A stretch of 61,902 bases of DNA from NCBI GenBank assembly GCA_031373225.1, contig JANMMM010000039.1, positions 1 through 61,902 of the forward strand, written 5' to 3'. A model generated the notes under the pieces. It saw nothing but the letters and a program-made list of their open reading frames with translations, did no database searches and had not been told where the DNA came from. The position numbers and the translations under genes were made by a program. Shown piece by piece: positions 40,407-51,305 of the stretch. This DNA comes from Phyllobacteriaceae bacterium (GTDB lineage Bacteria; Pseudomonadota; Alphaproteobacteria; Rhizobiales; Rhizobiaceae). The first letter of the stretch is position 1; the number at the start of each line of letters is the position of its first letter.

Positions 40407-40762
40407 CGCCGTTCGGCGCTAAACTGCGCGAGCTGCGTCAGAGCCGGAGCCTGACCCAGAAGCAGATGGCCGCTTCGCTCAATGTTTCCGCCGCCTATCT
40501 CTCCGCCCTCGAACACGGTCACCGCACCGTGCCGTCATTTGATTTCGTCCAGCGCGTCACGGGTTATTTCAACGTCATCTGGGACGATGCCGAGGAATTA
40601 CAGCGACTCGCTTCTATCTCAAATCCGAAGGTTTCTATCGACACGTCCGGCTTGATTCCTGAGGCGACGGAACTCGCCAATCATCTGTCGCAGCGCATCA
40701 GCGCAATGACAAAGGAACAACTGGAAGCACTGCTCGAAAAAGTCATGCCGCCAAAAGGCTGA
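40403..40762 (+). CDS. XRE-family helix-turn-helix transcriptional regulator
   Basis: It has the HTH_XRE pattern (LRELRQSRSLTQKQMAASLNVSAAYLSALEHG). It shares an ATGA overlap with the smr gene. Confidence 0.8.
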   Translation: MTPFGAKLRELRQSRSLTQKQMAASLNVSAAYLSALEHGHRTVPSFDFVQRVTGYFNVIWDDAEELQRLASISNPKVSIDTSGLIPEATELANHLSQRISAMTKEQLEALLEKVMPPKG

Positions 40763-40764
40763 TC

Positions 40765-41724
40765 TCAAAAAAGCGTCTTCAGCTCGCCCAGCTTCGCATT
40801 GACCAGCCAGCCGTAATAGTTCTCTTCCGGCAGCCTCTCCGGCTCGCCAGCTGCGAGCCGCGTTTCGTTTTCTGTCGCAAGCGCCCGCGCCCGCATTTCC
40901 GGATCGCCGGTGTTATAGAGCGTCGCTGTTAGGCCGGGGTTCTTTGAAATGTCGAATCCGGCGATGCGCTTGTAGGCGTCTATCGAGTTCTTCAGCGTCG
41001 CCGCCATGTAAGGAAGCGTCAGGTCGGGATCCATGATGGTCCGGTAAACTTCCTTGCCGTTGCCCGCGTCGATCTTCGGCAGGCCCGACACCCGGTTGAC
41101 CATGTCGGTCATCTGCAAGGCTGTCAGCGGGTTCAGTTGTCCAAGCCCGAATGTCTGTCCGGCATAGAATGGCTGGAAGAACACGGCGCTGAAGCGGTTG
41201 CGGGGATAGGCGACACCATCCACCGACTGGCCACGGAACGTCGAATTCCAGACATTTTCCCGGCAGTTCCACAGCGCATAACTGCCTTTCATCGCAGCGC
41301 AGATCTCAAATTCAGGTCTTTGCACAAAGTCGGCGATGGCTTGGCCTTCAAAGGAAAAGGAGATGTCATTGCTGACATAGGAAACCGCTTTGACATAATA
41401 GGTCTGCAGCCGGTCATAGGCGTCGACATTATAGGTGTGCTCGCCGACAATGGCACCGACCATGTGCAAGGGGTCGATGCCGTATTTCGCCGAAACCTTG
41501 CGGATTTTGCCGCGCAGCTTTGGATCGTTCTGCAATAGCCGGAAGACTTTCTCGTATTTCGCCTCGAAGGACGACTTAGTGGCCGAGGTCCGCTTGGTCG
41601 AGCCGTAGGGTATCTCCGGCTGCGCCTCATGCCGGTTGCCTTCCGGCACCAATGTGGCAGCGAAAGCAGGCGAAAGTGTCACTGCAAACGCAAAGACAGC
41701 CAGCGTCGGGCGGCAAGTGGGCAT
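40765..41724 (-). CDS. hypothetical exported protein (possibly DUF1402-like)
   Basis: It has a signal peptide (LAVFAFAVTLSPAFAATL) and is 319 aa. The family assignment is from memory only. Confidence 0.45.
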   Translation of the reverse strand: MPTCRPTLAVFAFAVTLSPAFAATLVPEGNRHEAQPEIPYGSTKRTSATKSSFEAKYEKVFRLLQNDPKLRGKIRKVSAKYGIDPLHMVGAIVGEHTYNVDAYDRLQTYYVKAVSYVSNDISFSFEGQAIADFVQRPEFEICAAMKGSYALWNCRENVWNSTFRGQSVDGVAYPRNRFSAVFFQPFYAGQTFGLGQLNPLTALQMTDMVNRVSGLPKIDAGNGKEVYRTIMDPDLTLPYMAATLKNSIDAYKRIAGFDISKNPGLTATLYNTGDPEMRARALATENETRLAAGEPERLPEENYYGWLVNAKLGELKTLF

Positions 41725-41834
41725 AACACTCAGTTCCGTGAATCGTTGGGAGGCGATTTCACCCTCCGATACAGGCGTATGGTGCGAAAAGTCGAGAACA
41801 ATAAGGTCACACCCCGCCCTGAATCAGATTTGGC

Positions 41835-43136
41835 TCATAAGATAAACCGCGACAGGTCGGTGTTCTTTGCCAGCGTCCCGACGCTTTTGCGCACATAATC
41901 AGCATTGATTTCAAACTCGACGCCGGCCTTGTCGGGCGCTTCGAAGGAAATTTCGTCGAGCACCCGCTCCATCACAGTCTGCAGCCGCCGCGCGCCGATA
42001 TTCTCGACCGATGTGTTAAGGTCCACCGCAATGTCGGCCAAAGCGTCGATGGCGTCATCGGTGATCTTCAGGTCCACGCCTTCCGTGCCGAGCAGCGCGA
42101 CATATTGCTTCAGCAGGCTCATTTCCGGCTCGGTCAGAATCCGGCGCATGTCTTCACGGCTGAGTGCGTTGAGTTCGACGCGGATTGGCAGGCGGCCTTG
42201 CAGCTCCGGCAACAGGTCAGACGGTTTGGCGACATGAAACGCGCCGGAGGCGATGAACAGGATATGGTCGGTTTGCACCGGACCGTATTTAGTCGCTACC
42301 GTCGTGCCTTCGATCAAGGGAAGCAGGTCGCGCTGCACGCCTTCGCGCGACACACCGGCCCCGACGCCGTTCTCGCGCGAGGCGATTTTGTCGATCTCGT
42401 CGAGAAACACGATGCCGTCATTTTCCGCCGCGCGCACCGCCTCGCGGTTGATTTGGTCCATGTCGAGCAGCTTGTCGGATTCATCGTCCACCAGGAACGA
42501 ATAGCTTTCCTTCACTGTTGTCTTAACTGTTTTCGTCCGCCCGCCCATGGCTTTGCCGAGCATGTCGTTGAGATTGATCATGCCAAACGAGCCGCTCGGC
42601 ATGCCGGGAAGCTCAAAGCTCGGCTGGCCCGAATCCTTGACATCGACTTCAATATCCTTGTCGTCCAGCTCGCCCGCCCGCAGCTTCTTGCGGAAACTCT
42701 CGCGCGTCGCAGGGCTTGCGGTTTTGCCGACCAGCGCGTCCAGCACCCGCTCTTCGGCATTCGCATGCGCCTTGGCCTTCACTTCCTCGCGCCGCTTAGC
42801 CCGCACCAGGAGAATTCCGGCCTCGACCAGATCGCGGATGATCTGCTCGACATCGCGGCCGACATAGCCGACCTCGGTGAATTTTGTCGCTTCAACCTTG
42901 ATAAAAGGCGCGCCGGCAAGTTTTGCCAGCCGCCGGGAAATCTCGGTTTTGCCGACGCCTGTCGGCCCGATCATCAAAATGTTCTTCGGCATCACCTCTT
43001 CACGCATCTGCCCGGTCAGCTGCTGGCGGCGCCAGCGGTTGCGCAGCGCGATCGCCACAGCGCGCTTGGCGTCCTTCTGGCCGATAATATAGCGGTCGAG
43101 CTCGGATACGATCTCGCGCGGGGAAAATGTCGTCAT
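41835..43136 (-). CDS. hslU: ATP-dependent protease ATPase subunit HslU
   Basis: The N-terminus is [15 protein letters not shown], Walker A is GPTGVGKT and Walker B is IVFLDEIDK. Confidence 0.96.
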   Translation of the reverse strand: MTTFSPREIVSELDRYIIGQKDAKRAVAIALRNRWRRQQLTGQMREEVMPKNILMIGPTGVGKTEISRRLAKLAGAPFIKVEATKFTEVGYVGRDVEQIIRDLVEAGILLVRAKRREEVKAKAHANAEERVLDALVGKTASPATRESFRKKLRAGELDDKDIEVDVKDSGQPSFELPGMPSGSFGMINLNDMLGKAMGGRTKTVKTTVKESYSFLVDDESDKLLDMDQINREAVRAAENDGIVFLDEIDKIASRENGVGAGVSREGVQRDLLPLIEGTTVATKYGPVQTDHILFIASGAFHVAKPSDLLPELQGRLPIRVELNALSREDMRRILTEPEMSLLKQYVALLGTEGVDLKITDDAIDALADIAVDLNTSVENIGARRLQTVMERVLDEISFEAPDKAGVEFEINADYVRKSVGTLAKNTDLSRFIL

Positions 43137-43693
43137 GGATTCATCTCTTCTTCTTTTGCATCCCGCGCCATCATCAGCGCCGGGCCGTATTCGGATGTCC
43201 GCGTGTCGAATGCGGTGAAACCGGCCTTTTCATAGGCGCGGATCGCCGCGGCATTGGAAGGGTCTGGATCGATAATGACGCGCGGGCAGCCTTCCTCAAA
43301 CAGCATGGCGACAAATGCGTCAATCATCCTGGGCCCATGGCCTTTGCCGATCAAGGCTGGATCGCCGATGGTGAGATCAATGCCCAGAGTGCCGAATCGC
43401 TGATCCTGATAGGGATGATCGTCTTCCATGTGCGGGTCATAGCTCTGGAAGTAGGCGATTGGCTTTCCGTCGAGCTCGACGATGAATGGCTCTACTGATA
43501 TCGAGTCGATATGATCCTTGACTTCCGCCAATTGCTGTTGGGGATCGTCGCCCCACCATCTCGCGACATGCGGCTCCCCCAGCCAGCGCGCCATCAGCGG
43601 CAGGTCTTTTCTGGTGAAGGGGCGGAAACTATAGTCAAACTCGGAAACATCTTGCATTCGACCCAGATAGGCAGTGTTGGACTCAATTTCCAT
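43133..43693 (-). CDS. GNAT family N-acetyltransferase (Acetyltransf_8 / AAC(6')-like)
   Basis: The start is set at ATG 43693 (MEIESNT). The motifs [10 protein letters not shown] and a GKGHG acetyl-CoA loop are present. Its stop overlaps the hslU start by 4 nt. The longer ORF to 44278 runs antisense through the neighbouring gene. Confidence 0.75.
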   Translation of the reverse strand: MEIESNTAYLGRMQDVSEFDYSFRPFTRKDLPLMARWLGEPHVARWWGDDPQQQLAEVKDHIDSISVEPFIVELDGKPIAYFQSYDPHMEDDHPYQDQRFGTLGIDLTIGDPALIGKGHGPRMIDAFVAMLFEEGCPRVIIDPDPSNAAAIRAYEKAGFTAFDTRTSEYGPALMMARDAKEEEMNP

Positions 43694-43753
43694 ATGTGCG
43701 ATGCTCTGCCGGAAAAAGGCTGGTTTGGACTTTCTCGTTGAAAAGGAATTTGA

Positions 43754-44371
43754 ATGCATAGACCCGTGCTTTGGTTTGTCGCAGGCGCAAACGGCGTCGG
43801 CAAGACCAGCTTTACCTTCAAGCACATCAGCGCGATTTCCGGCTCGACCGATTTTGTCAATCTCGATGAGATCGCCCGCGGACTGTCGCCAATCAATCCG
43901 GAAGCCGGTCGCTTGCGGGCCGCGCGGGTCGCTTTGCAGATACTGGCCGAGACCCTTCGGCTTAAAAATGGCGCAGCCAGGTCGTTCACAATTGAATCCA
44001 CGCTTGCTGGCCGAACCCACTTGAAAACCATTGACGACGCCCGAAAGGCCGGGTGGCCGGTGCATATCCTGTATTTTGCAGTGAAGGCGCCGGAAATCGC
44101 CCTGGCCCGCATCGCGCGCCGTGTCTCGGTCGGCGGCCATGATATGCCAGAGGCGGACGCCAGGAGGCGTTTCACCCGCTCGCTCGCCAACCTGCCCGAA
44201 TATCTGCGCGCCTGCGATTTTTGGCGCGTCTACGACAATAATTCCGCGCAGACCGTCGCTGTCGCAGAAGGGCGGCAAGGCTGCATTTCATTCAGGACAG
44301 AGGACTGGACAGGGCTGCCGCAAGGTTTGTCCGAGTTGCTTGCTGCTATGCCCAAATGCTCTGAAGGCTGA
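43754..44371 (+). CDS. zeta-toxin-like / COG4185 P-loop kinase family protein
   Basis: It has a P-loop (VAGANGVGKTS) near the N-terminus and a ~200-aa architecture with FTIESTLAG and HILYFAV typical of zeta-toxin-domain ATPases. There is no adjacent antitoxin-sized ORF. Confidence 0.6.
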   Translation: MHRPVLWFVAGANGVGKTSFTFKHISAISGSTDFVNLDEIARGLSPINPEAGRLRAARVALQILAETLRLKNGAARSFTIESTLAGRTHLKTIDDARKAGWPVHILYFAVKAPEIALARIARRVSVGGHDMPEADARRRFTRSLANLPEYLRACDFWRVYDNNSAQTVAVAEGRQGCISFRTEDWTGLPQGLSELLAAMPKCSEG

Positions 44372-44375
44372 CAAA

Positions 44376-44948
44376 TCAGTCCGACAGCAGCTTCTGTGGC
44401 GGCTCGGCCTCAAGCTTCTCCACCACAAAATTGTGGTTCGTATACACACAAATATCCGCCGCAATCTGCATCGCCTTACGGGCGATGGCTTCGGCGTCCA
44501 AATCCGAGTCAATCAGCGCCCGTGCCGCCGCCAGCGCGTAATTGCCGCCGGAGCCAATTGCCATGACGCCGTGTTCAGGCTCCAAAACATCGCCCGTGCC
44601 GGTCAGCGCCAGCGACACGCTCTTGTCCGCCACCAGCATCATTGCCTCAAGACGGCGAAGATAGCGGTCAGTGCGCCAGTCTTTGGCCAGTTCGACGGAG
44701 GCGCGGGTCAGTTGCCCCGGATATTGCTCAAGCTTGGCCTCCAGCCGCTCCAGAAGCGTGAACGCATCCGCCGTCGCCCCGGCGAACCCGGCGATCACCG
44801 ACCCGCCGCCGAGCCGGCGGACCTTGCGCGCGTTGCCCTTCATAATAGTCTGGCCCAGCGACACCTGCCCGTCGCCGGCGATCACGACGTGATTGCCCTT
44901 GCGCACGGTGATGATCGTCGTCGCATGCATCGATGGAAGTTCGCTCAT
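44376..44948 (-). CDS. hslV: ATP-dependent protease subunit HslV
   Basis: The start is set at ATG 44948. The mature N-terminal region is [21 protein letters not shown], with GSGGNYA. The length is 190 aa. Confidence 0.94.
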   Translation of the reverse strand: MSELPSMHATTIITVRKGNHVVIAGDGQVSLGQTIMKGNARKVRRLGGGSVIAGFAGATADAFTLLERLEAKLEQYPGQLTRASVELAKDWRTDRYLRRLEAMMLVADKSVSLALTGTGDVLEPEHGVMAIGSGGNYALAAARALIDSDLDAEAIARKAMQIAADICVYTNHNFVVEKLEAEPPQKLLSD

Positions 44949-45087
44949 CTTAAAAACCTCAAATTCCCGTTGCGCCCTATGTATGTGCGCAGGCGCATTT
45001 TGCAAATAACGATGTTTCATGCCGGTTCTTTCAATTGCAATCCCTTGCTGGTAAGAGCGCCGCGACCAATGAAACAGGAAAATCGCC

Positions 45088-45684
45088 GTGGCCAGCCGCT
45101 CAGCTTCCATCAGCCGCAAGACCAAGGAAACCGGCATTGAAGTCTCTGTGAATCTCGACGGTTCCGGCGCCTACACTATCGCAACCGGCGTCGGCTTCTT
45201 TGACCATATGCTGGAGCAGCTGTCGCGGCATTCGCTGATCGATATCAATGTCAAAGCCGATGGCGACCTGCACATCGACGATCACCACACGGTGGAAGAC
45301 ACAGGCATCGCGCTCGGCCAGGCCATTTCCAAAGCCTTGGGCGACCGGCGCGGCATTGCCCGCTACGCCTCGTGCGACCTTGTCATGGATGGCACGCTGA
45401 CCAGCGCCGCCGTCGATATTTCGGGCCGGTCGTTTTTTGTCTGGAACGCCGCCTTCTCCGCGCCGAAGATCGGGGCTTTTGACACCGAGCTGGTGCGCGA
45501 GTTTTTCAACGCGCTGGCCCAGCATGCCGGCGTGACCCTGCACATTAACAGCCGCTATTTCGACAATAACCATCATCTGGCCGAAAGCTGCTTCAAGGCG
45601 GTGGCGCGCGCGCTGCGGACCGCGATTGAAACAGACCCGCGCCAGCAGGGCGCTATTCCTTCGACCAAAGGCACTTTGGGTTAG
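45088..45684 (+). CDS. hisB: imidazoleglycerol-phosphate dehydratase
   Basis: It has the motifs [24 protein letters not shown] and NNHHLAES. Confidence 0.95.
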   Translation: MASRSASISRKTKETGIEVSVNLDGSGAYTIATGVGFFDHMLEQLSRHSLIDINVKADGDLHIDDHHTVEDTGIALGQAISKALGDRRGIARYASCDLVMDGTLTSAAVDISGRSFFVWNAAFSAPKIGAFDTELVREFFNALAQHAGVTLHINSRYFDNNHHLAESCFKAVARALRTAIETDPRQQGAIPSTKGTLG

Positions 45685-45685
45685 C

Positions 45686-46150
45686 ATGATGGCATCTTAT
45701 GTCGTCATGGAACCGGCTTCGGACAGGCGCGGCGAGGCGGCCATGTTCATGAAAGACGCCTTCGCGCCACTGGCTGTTGTGGTTCCGGTATTTTGGCTCT
45801 TGTGTAACCGGCTGTGGTTTGAGGCGGCCATGGCGTTCTGCGCCAGTCTCGCGCTGTTGGGCGCGGGCACATGGGCCGGCGCTCCGCAATTGGCTGGTAT
45901 CGGATCGATACTGGTTGGAATCTATGTGGCGCTGGAAGGCGGCGCCCTGAAAATCACCGCCGCGCGACGCAGAGGCTATGCGGACGAAATGGTTGTTGAC
46001 GCCCGTTCCGTGTCGGAGGCGGAGGAGCGCTATTATCTCACGCGCCTTCCATTGCGGAGCCCTCCAAGTCCTGTCTTGGCGGAGACGCCGAGGCTGCGTC
46101 AGGACCGCGCGCCAGGGGCGGGGCTTTTCGCCCTGCCGGGATCGCATTGA
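45686..46150 (+). CDS. DUF2628-like small membrane protein
   Basis: The start is at ATG 45686, and there are two TM segments. This is the conserved position between hisB and hisH in Rhizobiales. The family name is from memory. Confidence 0.55.
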   Translation: MMASYVVMEPASDRRGEAAMFMKDAFAPLAVVVPVFWLLCNRLWFEAAMAFCASLALLGAGTWAGAPQLAGIGSILVGIYVALEGGALKITAARRRGYADEMVVDARSVSEAEERYYLTRLPLRSPPSPVLAETPRLRQDRAPGAGLFALPGSH

Positions 46151-46151
46151 A

Positions 46152-46814
46152 ATGCCCCAGACGATGAAAGTCGCCATTATCGACTATGGCTCCGGCAACC
46201 TCCGCTCGGCTGTGAAGGCCTTCGAGCGCAGCGCCCGGGAAGCCGGTGTCGCCGCTGACATTATCCTGACCGATAAGGCTGCCATTGTCGCCAATGCCGA
46301 CCGCGTCGTCCTTCCAGGCGTCGGCGCCTATGCCGACTGTAAGGCGGGCCTCGCCGCGGTGCCGGGCATGATCGAGGCGCTGAACCAGGCGGTCACTGCC
46401 AAAGCCCGCCCGTTTCTCGGCATCTGCGTCGGCATGCAGCTGATGTCGTCAAGAGGTCTCGAAAAGACAATAACGTCCGGCCTCGGCTGGATCGAAGGCG
46501 ATGTTGTTGAAATGACGCCGGACGATCCAGTTCTGAAAATCCCGCAGATCGGCTGGAACACGATCAATCTGTCCCGACCGCATCCAGTGTTTGAGGGCAT
46601 TGAAACCGGTGCAGCGGGCCTCAATGCCTACTTCGTCCACTCCTATCACTTCCAAGCTAAAAACTACGAATATCGTCTCGCTACCGTTGACTATGGCGGC
46701 GCCATGACCGCCGCCGTCGCGCGGGACAATATGATCGGCACGCAGTTCCACCCGGAAAAGAGCCAAACGCTGGGTCTGGCGCTGATCCGGAATTTCCTGC
46801 GGTGGAACCCATGA
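46152..46814 (+). CDS. hisH: imidazole glycerol phosphate synthase, glutamine amidotransferase subunit
   Basis: It has [13 protein letters not shown], the nucleophile elbow GICVGMQ and a C-terminal FHPEKS. Confidence 0.94.
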   Translation: MPQTMKVAIIDYGSGNLRSAVKAFERSAREAGVAADIILTDKAAIVANADRVVLPGVGAYADCKAGLAAVPGMIEALNQAVTAKARPFLGICVGMQLMSSRGLEKTITSGLGWIEGDVVEMTPDDPVLKIPQIGWNTINLSRPHPVFEGIETGAAGLNAYFVHSYHFQAKNYEYRLATVDYGGAMTAAVARDNMIGTQFHPEKSQTLGLALIRNFLRWNP

Positions 46815-47548
46815 TCCTCTTCCCCGCCATCGACCTGAAAGACGGCGTCTGCGTGCGCCTAAAATTGGGCGATATGAACCAGGCGACGATATACAATGAA
46901 AGCCCCGCCGCGCAGGCGAAGACGTTCGAGGACCAAGGCTTCCAGTGGCTGCATGTGGTGGATCTCAATGGCGCGTTCCAAGGCCAGTCGGTCAATGGCG
47001 CGGCGGTCGAGGCCATTTTGAAGGCGACGAAAAACCCGGTCCAGCTCGGCGGCGGCATCCGCACGCTGGCGCATGTCGAAAGCTGGCTGGAGAAGGGCCT
47101 CGCCCGCGTCATTCTCGGCACGATCGCCGTGCGCGACCCGGCGCTGGTGAAAGAGGCGTGCCGCCTGTTCCCCGGCAAGGTGGCAGTCGGCATCGACGCC
47201 AAGGGCGGCAAAGTGGCGGTCGAGGGCTGGGGCGAGGCGTCGGAGCTCGGCGTCATCGAGCTGGCGCAGAAATTCGAAGGCGCGGGTGTGTCCGCAATCA
47301 TTTACACCGACATTGACCGCGACGGCATTCTCGCCGGCATCAACTGGGCGTCCACCCTCGATCTCGCCCGCGCCGTCACCATCCCCGTCATCGCCTCCGG
47401 CGGCCTCGCCTCGCTCGACGACATCAAGAAACTCGCCTCCCCCGAATGCGCCATCCTCGAAGGCGCGATTTCGGGCCGGGCGCTGTATGACGGGCGGATC
47501 GATCCGGGTGAGGCGCTGGGAATACTAACGGCTTCAAATGTTGGTTGA
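46811..47548 (+). CDS. hisA: 1-(5-phosphoribosyl)-5-[(5-phosphoribosylamino)methylideneamino]imidazole-4-carboxamide isomerase
   Basis: It begins [11 protein letters not shown] and contains VQLGGGIR and IASGG. It shares an ATGA overlap with hisH. Confidence 0.94.
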   Translation: MILFPAIDLKDGVCVRLKLGDMNQATIYNESPAAQAKTFEDQGFQWLHVVDLNGAFQGQSVNGAAVEAILKATKNPVQLGGGIRTLAHVESWLEKGLARVILGTIAVRDPALVKEACRLFPGKVAVGIDAKGGKVAVEGWGEASELGVIELAQKFEGAGVSAIIYTDIDRDGILAGINWASTLDLARAVTIPVIASGGLASLDDIKKLASPECAILEGAISGRALYDGRIDPGEALGILTASNVG

Positions 47549-47567
47549 AATCTATTAGGCTTCGGCA

Positions 47568-48128
47568 ATGAGCCTCCACATGGAAATGCCTGCGACGCCG
47601 GAAGAATTCCTCGTCTGGAACGAGGGACGCGAAGGCAAGCGTGAGTTCGCTTATGGGGAAGTTGTCGAGCAGGAACGCGACACGACACGGACCCAAGCCC
47701 GGCTAAAGACGAAATTGCTGTTCGCACTTGCTGAATCTCTCGACCGAAACAAATATGACGTGAGTGGGTTCGGTTTTGCCATTCAGACAGTTGCCGGCGT
47801 GCGGTTTCCCGATTTGATCGTGGAAATGAAAACGCCGGAGGCGAAGGGCAGCGATGTCAAAGCAATCCATCCAGTCATGCTCGCTGAAGTGCCATCACCT
47901 TCATCTTATGTGCGGGATTTCGGCGAAAAAGTTGATGAATACAAGCAGCTGATAACGCTCAGGCACTATCTCGTGCTGTCGGAGGATGAGCCGTGCGTAT
48001 GGCTTTGGAGCCGCGATGGCGAAGCGTGGCGCGGGCCGGAAATGATCTCATCACTTAACGGACAGCTTGACCTCGTAGGCTTGGGCGCATGTATTAACCT
48101 CGCCGCACTTTATCGCAGCATCGAATGA
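47568..48128 (+). CDS. Uma2 (DUF820) family putative endonuclease
   Basis: It is 186 aa with the Uma2 pattern: PDLIVE, a conserved E-x-S (LAEVPSPSS) and K..EY (KVDEYKQL). Confidence 0.7.
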   Translation: MSLHMEMPATPEEFLVWNEGREGKREFAYGEVVEQERDTTRTQARLKTKLLFALAESLDRNKYDVSGFGFAIQTVAGVRFPDLIVEMKTPEAKGSDVKAIHPVMLAEVPSPSSYVRDFGEKVDEYKQLITLRHYLVLSEDEPCVWLWSRDGEAWRGPEMISSLNGQLDLVGLGACINLAALYRSIE

Positions 48129-48206
48129 CGCTTGAGGCATCCGATCCTGTATTGATGACCTCATCGTTGCCGCCGATTTTGATCGTCCAGTAGGAGACGC
48201 TGAAGA

Positions 48207-49196
48207 ATGAACACTTGGATGGTCCGCGCAGGCAGCGGCGGTGTCTTCTTTGAGATATTCAAAGACAGGCGCATGGCCGGATTGGGATGGCGCAATGTTG
48301 GCGATCTGTCTTCATTTTCGACGCGGGAGAAATTAGCTCAAGCAATTCGTCAAGGATATCCCGACTACTCGTCCCAAGCCGTCTCGATGAACACTGGGCA
48401 GTTGTTTCGCTTCGCAAATGATATCAAAATCGGCGACCGCGTCGTGACATATGATCCCGGCGCGCGGGTTTATCTCTGCGGTGTGGTTGATGGCGCCTAT
48501 CACTATTCTCCGCAGGAAGCGGAAGAGGAACTCATAAATCAAAGACCCGTTAAATGGCTTCATGAGACGCCAAGAGACAAGCTTTCGAGCGCCGCGAGAA
48601 ATTCTCTTGGTTCTATTGCGACACTTTTTGCAATTTCAGCTGAAGTGGCTGGGGAGTTGTGGGGTGAGTCAAGGATTGAACGAAAGCCTGAAGCGGTAGC
48701 CGACGGCCCTGAATTGGCCGCCGAAACTGCTGCTTCAGCACAGGGCAAAAGCAGAGAACTCATTAAGGATCGCATCGCAGCGCTCGACTGGGAAGAAATG
48801 CAGGAACTCGTGGCGGGGCTGCTGCGGGCAATGGGCTACAAGACAACGATTTCACCGCGTGGACCTGATCGAGGCATCGACATTATGGCTTCGCCAGATC
48901 GATTTGGCTTCGAGGAACCTAGAATCGTTGTTGAGGTCAAGCATCGAAAAGACCAACGAATGGGCGCATCGGAAGTTCGCAGCTTTCTTGGTGGAAGGCA
49001 TCTAAAGGACAAAGGCTTGTATGTCAGCACGGGCGGATTTTCCCAGGAAGCGCGATACGAGGCTGAGCGCGCAAGCATTCCGCTCACGCTCATGGATTTT
49101 GAAATGCTCGTAAATGCGATATTGGAGCATTATTCCGCCTTTGACGAGGAAACCAAGCGGCTCTTGCCGCTGCAACTGCTTTATTGGCCAGCATGA
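48207..49196 (+). CDS. Mrr-type (PD-(D/E)xK) restriction endonuclease with an uncharacterised N-terminal domain
   Basis: It has a C-terminal Mrr_cat-like core ([33 protein letters not shown]). The N-terminal ~150 aa (WMVRAGSGG...GLGW...IKIGDRVV...LCGVV) looks like a PUA/EVE-like beta-barrel pattern. Its stop overlaps the hisF ATG (ATGA at 49193..49196). Confidence 0.75.
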   Translation: MNTWMVRAGSGGVFFEIFKDRRMAGLGWRNVGDLSSFSTREKLAQAIRQGYPDYSSQAVSMNTGQLFRFANDIKIGDRVVTYDPGARVYLCGVVDGAYHYSPQEAEEELINQRPVKWLHETPRDKLSSAARNSLGSIATLFAISAEVAGELWGESRIERKPEAVADGPELAAETAASAQGKSRELIKDRIAALDWEEMQELVAGLLRAMGYKTTISPRGPDRGIDIMASPDRFGFEEPRIVVEVKHRKDQRMGASEVRSFLGGRHLKDKGLYVSTGGFSQEARYEAERASIPLTLMDFEMLVNAILEHYSAFDEETKRLLPLQLLYWPA

Positions 49197-49978
49197 CCCT
49201 CAAAGCCCGCATCATCCCGTGCCTCGACGTCAAAGACGGCCGCGTCGTCAAGGGCGTCAATTTCCTTGACCTGATCGACGCCGGCGATCCGGTGGAGAGC
49301 GCCAAGGCTTATGACGCGGCGGGGGCGGACGAATTGTGTTTTCTCGACATCACCGCCTCGTCGGATAACCGCGACACGATCTTTGATGTTGTCGCGCGGA
49401 CAGCGGAGCAGTGTTTCATGCCGCTGACCGTCGGCGGCGGCGTGCGGCAGATCGGCGATATCCGCAGGCTGCTGCTGGCGGGCGCCGATAAGGTGTCAAT
49501 CAACACGACGGCGGTGCAGCGGCCCGAATTCGTAGCGGAGGCGGCGGACAAGTTCGGCAACCAATGCATCGTCGTCGCCATCGACGTCAAGAAAGTATCG
49601 ACACAAAACCAGCCGGACCGATGGGAGATTTTCACCCATGGCGGCCGCAATGCCACCGGCATCGACGCAGTGGAGTTTGCGATGAAGGTCACGACGCTCG
49701 GCGCGGGCGAAATCCTTTTGACCTCCATGGACCGCGATGGCGCGAAATCCGGCTATGACCTTGGCCTGACCCGCGCGGTCGCCGACGCGGTGCGCGTGCC
49801 GGTCATCGCCTCAGGTGGCGTCGGCACGCTGGATGATCTGGTGGCGGGCGTGAAGGAAGGCCATGCGGCGGCGGTGCTGGCCGCCTCCATCTTCCATTTC
49901 GGCACGTATACAATTAGTGAGGCGAAGAACCATATGGCAAAGGCCGGCATTCCCATGCGCCTTGACCGCCTCAACTGA
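49193..49978 (+). CDS. hisF: imidazole glycerol phosphate synthase, cyclase subunit
   Basis: It begins [19 protein letters not shown] and contains [17 protein letters not shown] and IASGG. Confidence 0.95.
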   Translation: MTLKARIIPCLDVKDGRVVKGVNFLDLIDAGDPVESAKAYDAAGADELCFLDITASSDNRDTIFDVVARTAEQCFMPLTVGGGVRQIGDIRRLLLAGADKVSINTTAVQRPEFVAEAADKFGNQCIVVAIDVKKVSTQNQPDRWEIFTHGGRNATGIDAVEFAMKVTTLGAGEILLTSMDRDGAKSGYDLGLTRAVADAVRVPVIASGGVGTLDDLVAGVKEGHAAAVLAASIFHFGTYTISEAKNHMAKAGIPMRLDRLN

Positions 49979-49989
49979 TTGGAAATGGC

Positions 49990-50310
49990 GTGAGCTTCAG
50001 CCTCGAAGATCTTGAAAAGATTGTCGCTTCGCGCGCCTCAAGCGCCGATCCGCAGTCCTATACGGCCAAGCTTTTTTCGAAAGGCATGGAAAAGGCGGCG
50101 CAGAAGCTCGGCGAAGAGGCGGTCGAAACGGTGATCGCCGCCGTCGCCAATCCGTCCAAAGGCCTTGTTTCGGAAAGCGCCGACTTGCTCTACCATCTTC
50201 TCGTCGTGCTGCGCCTTGCCGATGTGCCCCTTGCGGATGTGCTTGCGGAGCTTGAAAAGCGCACCAAGGAAACCGGGCTGCAGGAGAAAGCCTCGCGTCC
50301 CAAAGACTGA
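49990..50310 (+). CDS. hisE: phosphoribosyl-ATP pyrophosphatase
   Basis: It is 106 aa with [16 protein letters not shown] and DLLYHLLV motifs. The start codon is GTG. Confidence 0.9.
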   Translation: MSFSLEDLEKIVASRASSADPQSYTAKLFSKGMEKAAQKLGEEAVETVIAAVANPSKGLVSESADLLYHLLVVLRLADVPLADVLAELEKRTKETGLQEKASRPKD

Positions 50311-50334
50311 TCTTTGTTGAGTATGGATATGTGA

Positions 50335-51291
50335 ATGGATCAGCTGGAACCCGGAAAATATTCTCCCTACCGCTTCTTTTCGGCCAGCCGCTGGGCCGAA
50401 TTCCGCGCCGACACGCCGCTGACCTTGACAGCCGACGAGGTTGCCCGCCTTCGTTCGCTCGGTGATCCGATCGATTTGGACGAAGTGACCCGCATTTATC
50501 TGTCGCTCTCGCGGCTCTTGTCAGCCCATGTCGAGGCAAGCCAGATCCTGTTTGAACAGCGCAAGCGTTTCCTGCGGCTGGACGAGGCCAATAAAACGCC
50601 GTTCATCATTGGCATTGCCGGCTCCGTCGCCGTCGGCAAATCCACCACCGCCCGAATCCTGCGCGAGCTGCTGCGCCGATGGCCTTCGAGCCCGCGAGTC
50701 GCGCATGTGACGACCGACGGCTTTCTGTTTCCCAACGAAAAGCTGCGCGCCAAAGGTCTGATGGAGCGCAAGGGCTTTCCCGAAAGCTACGACGTCAATG
50801 CCGTGCTGGCCTTTCTCTCGGCGATCAAGGCGGGCAGGGGCGAAGTCAAGGCTCCGTTCTACTCGCACCTTGTCTACGATGTGGTGCCCGGCGATTTCAT
50901 CACAGTGGACCGGCCCGACATCCTGATTTTCGAGGGCATCAACGTTTTGCAGGGCCGAGAGCTGCCGCAGGATGGCAAATCGGTGCCGTTTGTCTCGGAT
51001 TTCTTCGACTTCTCGGTCTATATCGACGCGCAGGAGAAGCATATCCACAAATGGTATGTCGAGCGCTTCATGCGGCTGCGCGAGACGGCGTTCCAGGACC
51101 CGAAAAGCTTTTTCCACCGCTATACAGATTTGTCGGAAGACGCCGCCCACGCCATTGCCGAAAACCTCTGGACCAAGATAAACTTGAAAAATCTGCGCGA
51201 GAACATCGTCCCGACCCGCCCGCGCGCTGATCTTATCCTGCGCAAGGGCAAGGACCATCTGGTTGAGGAAGTGGCGCTCAGGAAACTGTGA
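50335..51291 (+). CDS. coaA: type I pantothenate kinase
   Basis: The P-loop is [15 protein letters not shown], with KGFPESYD. The length is 318 aa. Confidence 0.94.
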   Translation: MDQLEPGKYSPYRFFSASRWAEFRADTPLTLTADEVARLRSLGDPIDLDEVTRIYLSLSRLLSAHVEASQILFEQRKRFLRLDEANKTPFIIGIAGSVAVGKSTTARILRELLRRWPSSPRVAHVTTDGFLFPNEKLRAKGLMERKGFPESYDVNAVLAFLSAIKAGRGEVKAPFYSHLVYDVVPGDFITVDRPDILIFEGINVLQGRELPQDGKSVPFVSDFFDFSVYIDAQEKHIHKWYVERFMRLRETAFQDPKSFFHRYTDLSEDAAHAIAENLWTKINLKNLRENIVPTRPRADLILRKGKDHLVEEVALRKL

Positions 51292-51305
51292 GCGCAATCG
51301 CGAAC

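Noticed and set aside
43694-44278. The upstream 195 codons of the 381-aa minus-strand ORF that contains the GNAT domain.
   Set aside because: This part runs antisense through the plus-strand zeta-like gene and has no recognisable domain. The GNAT homology begins after the internal ATG at 43693.
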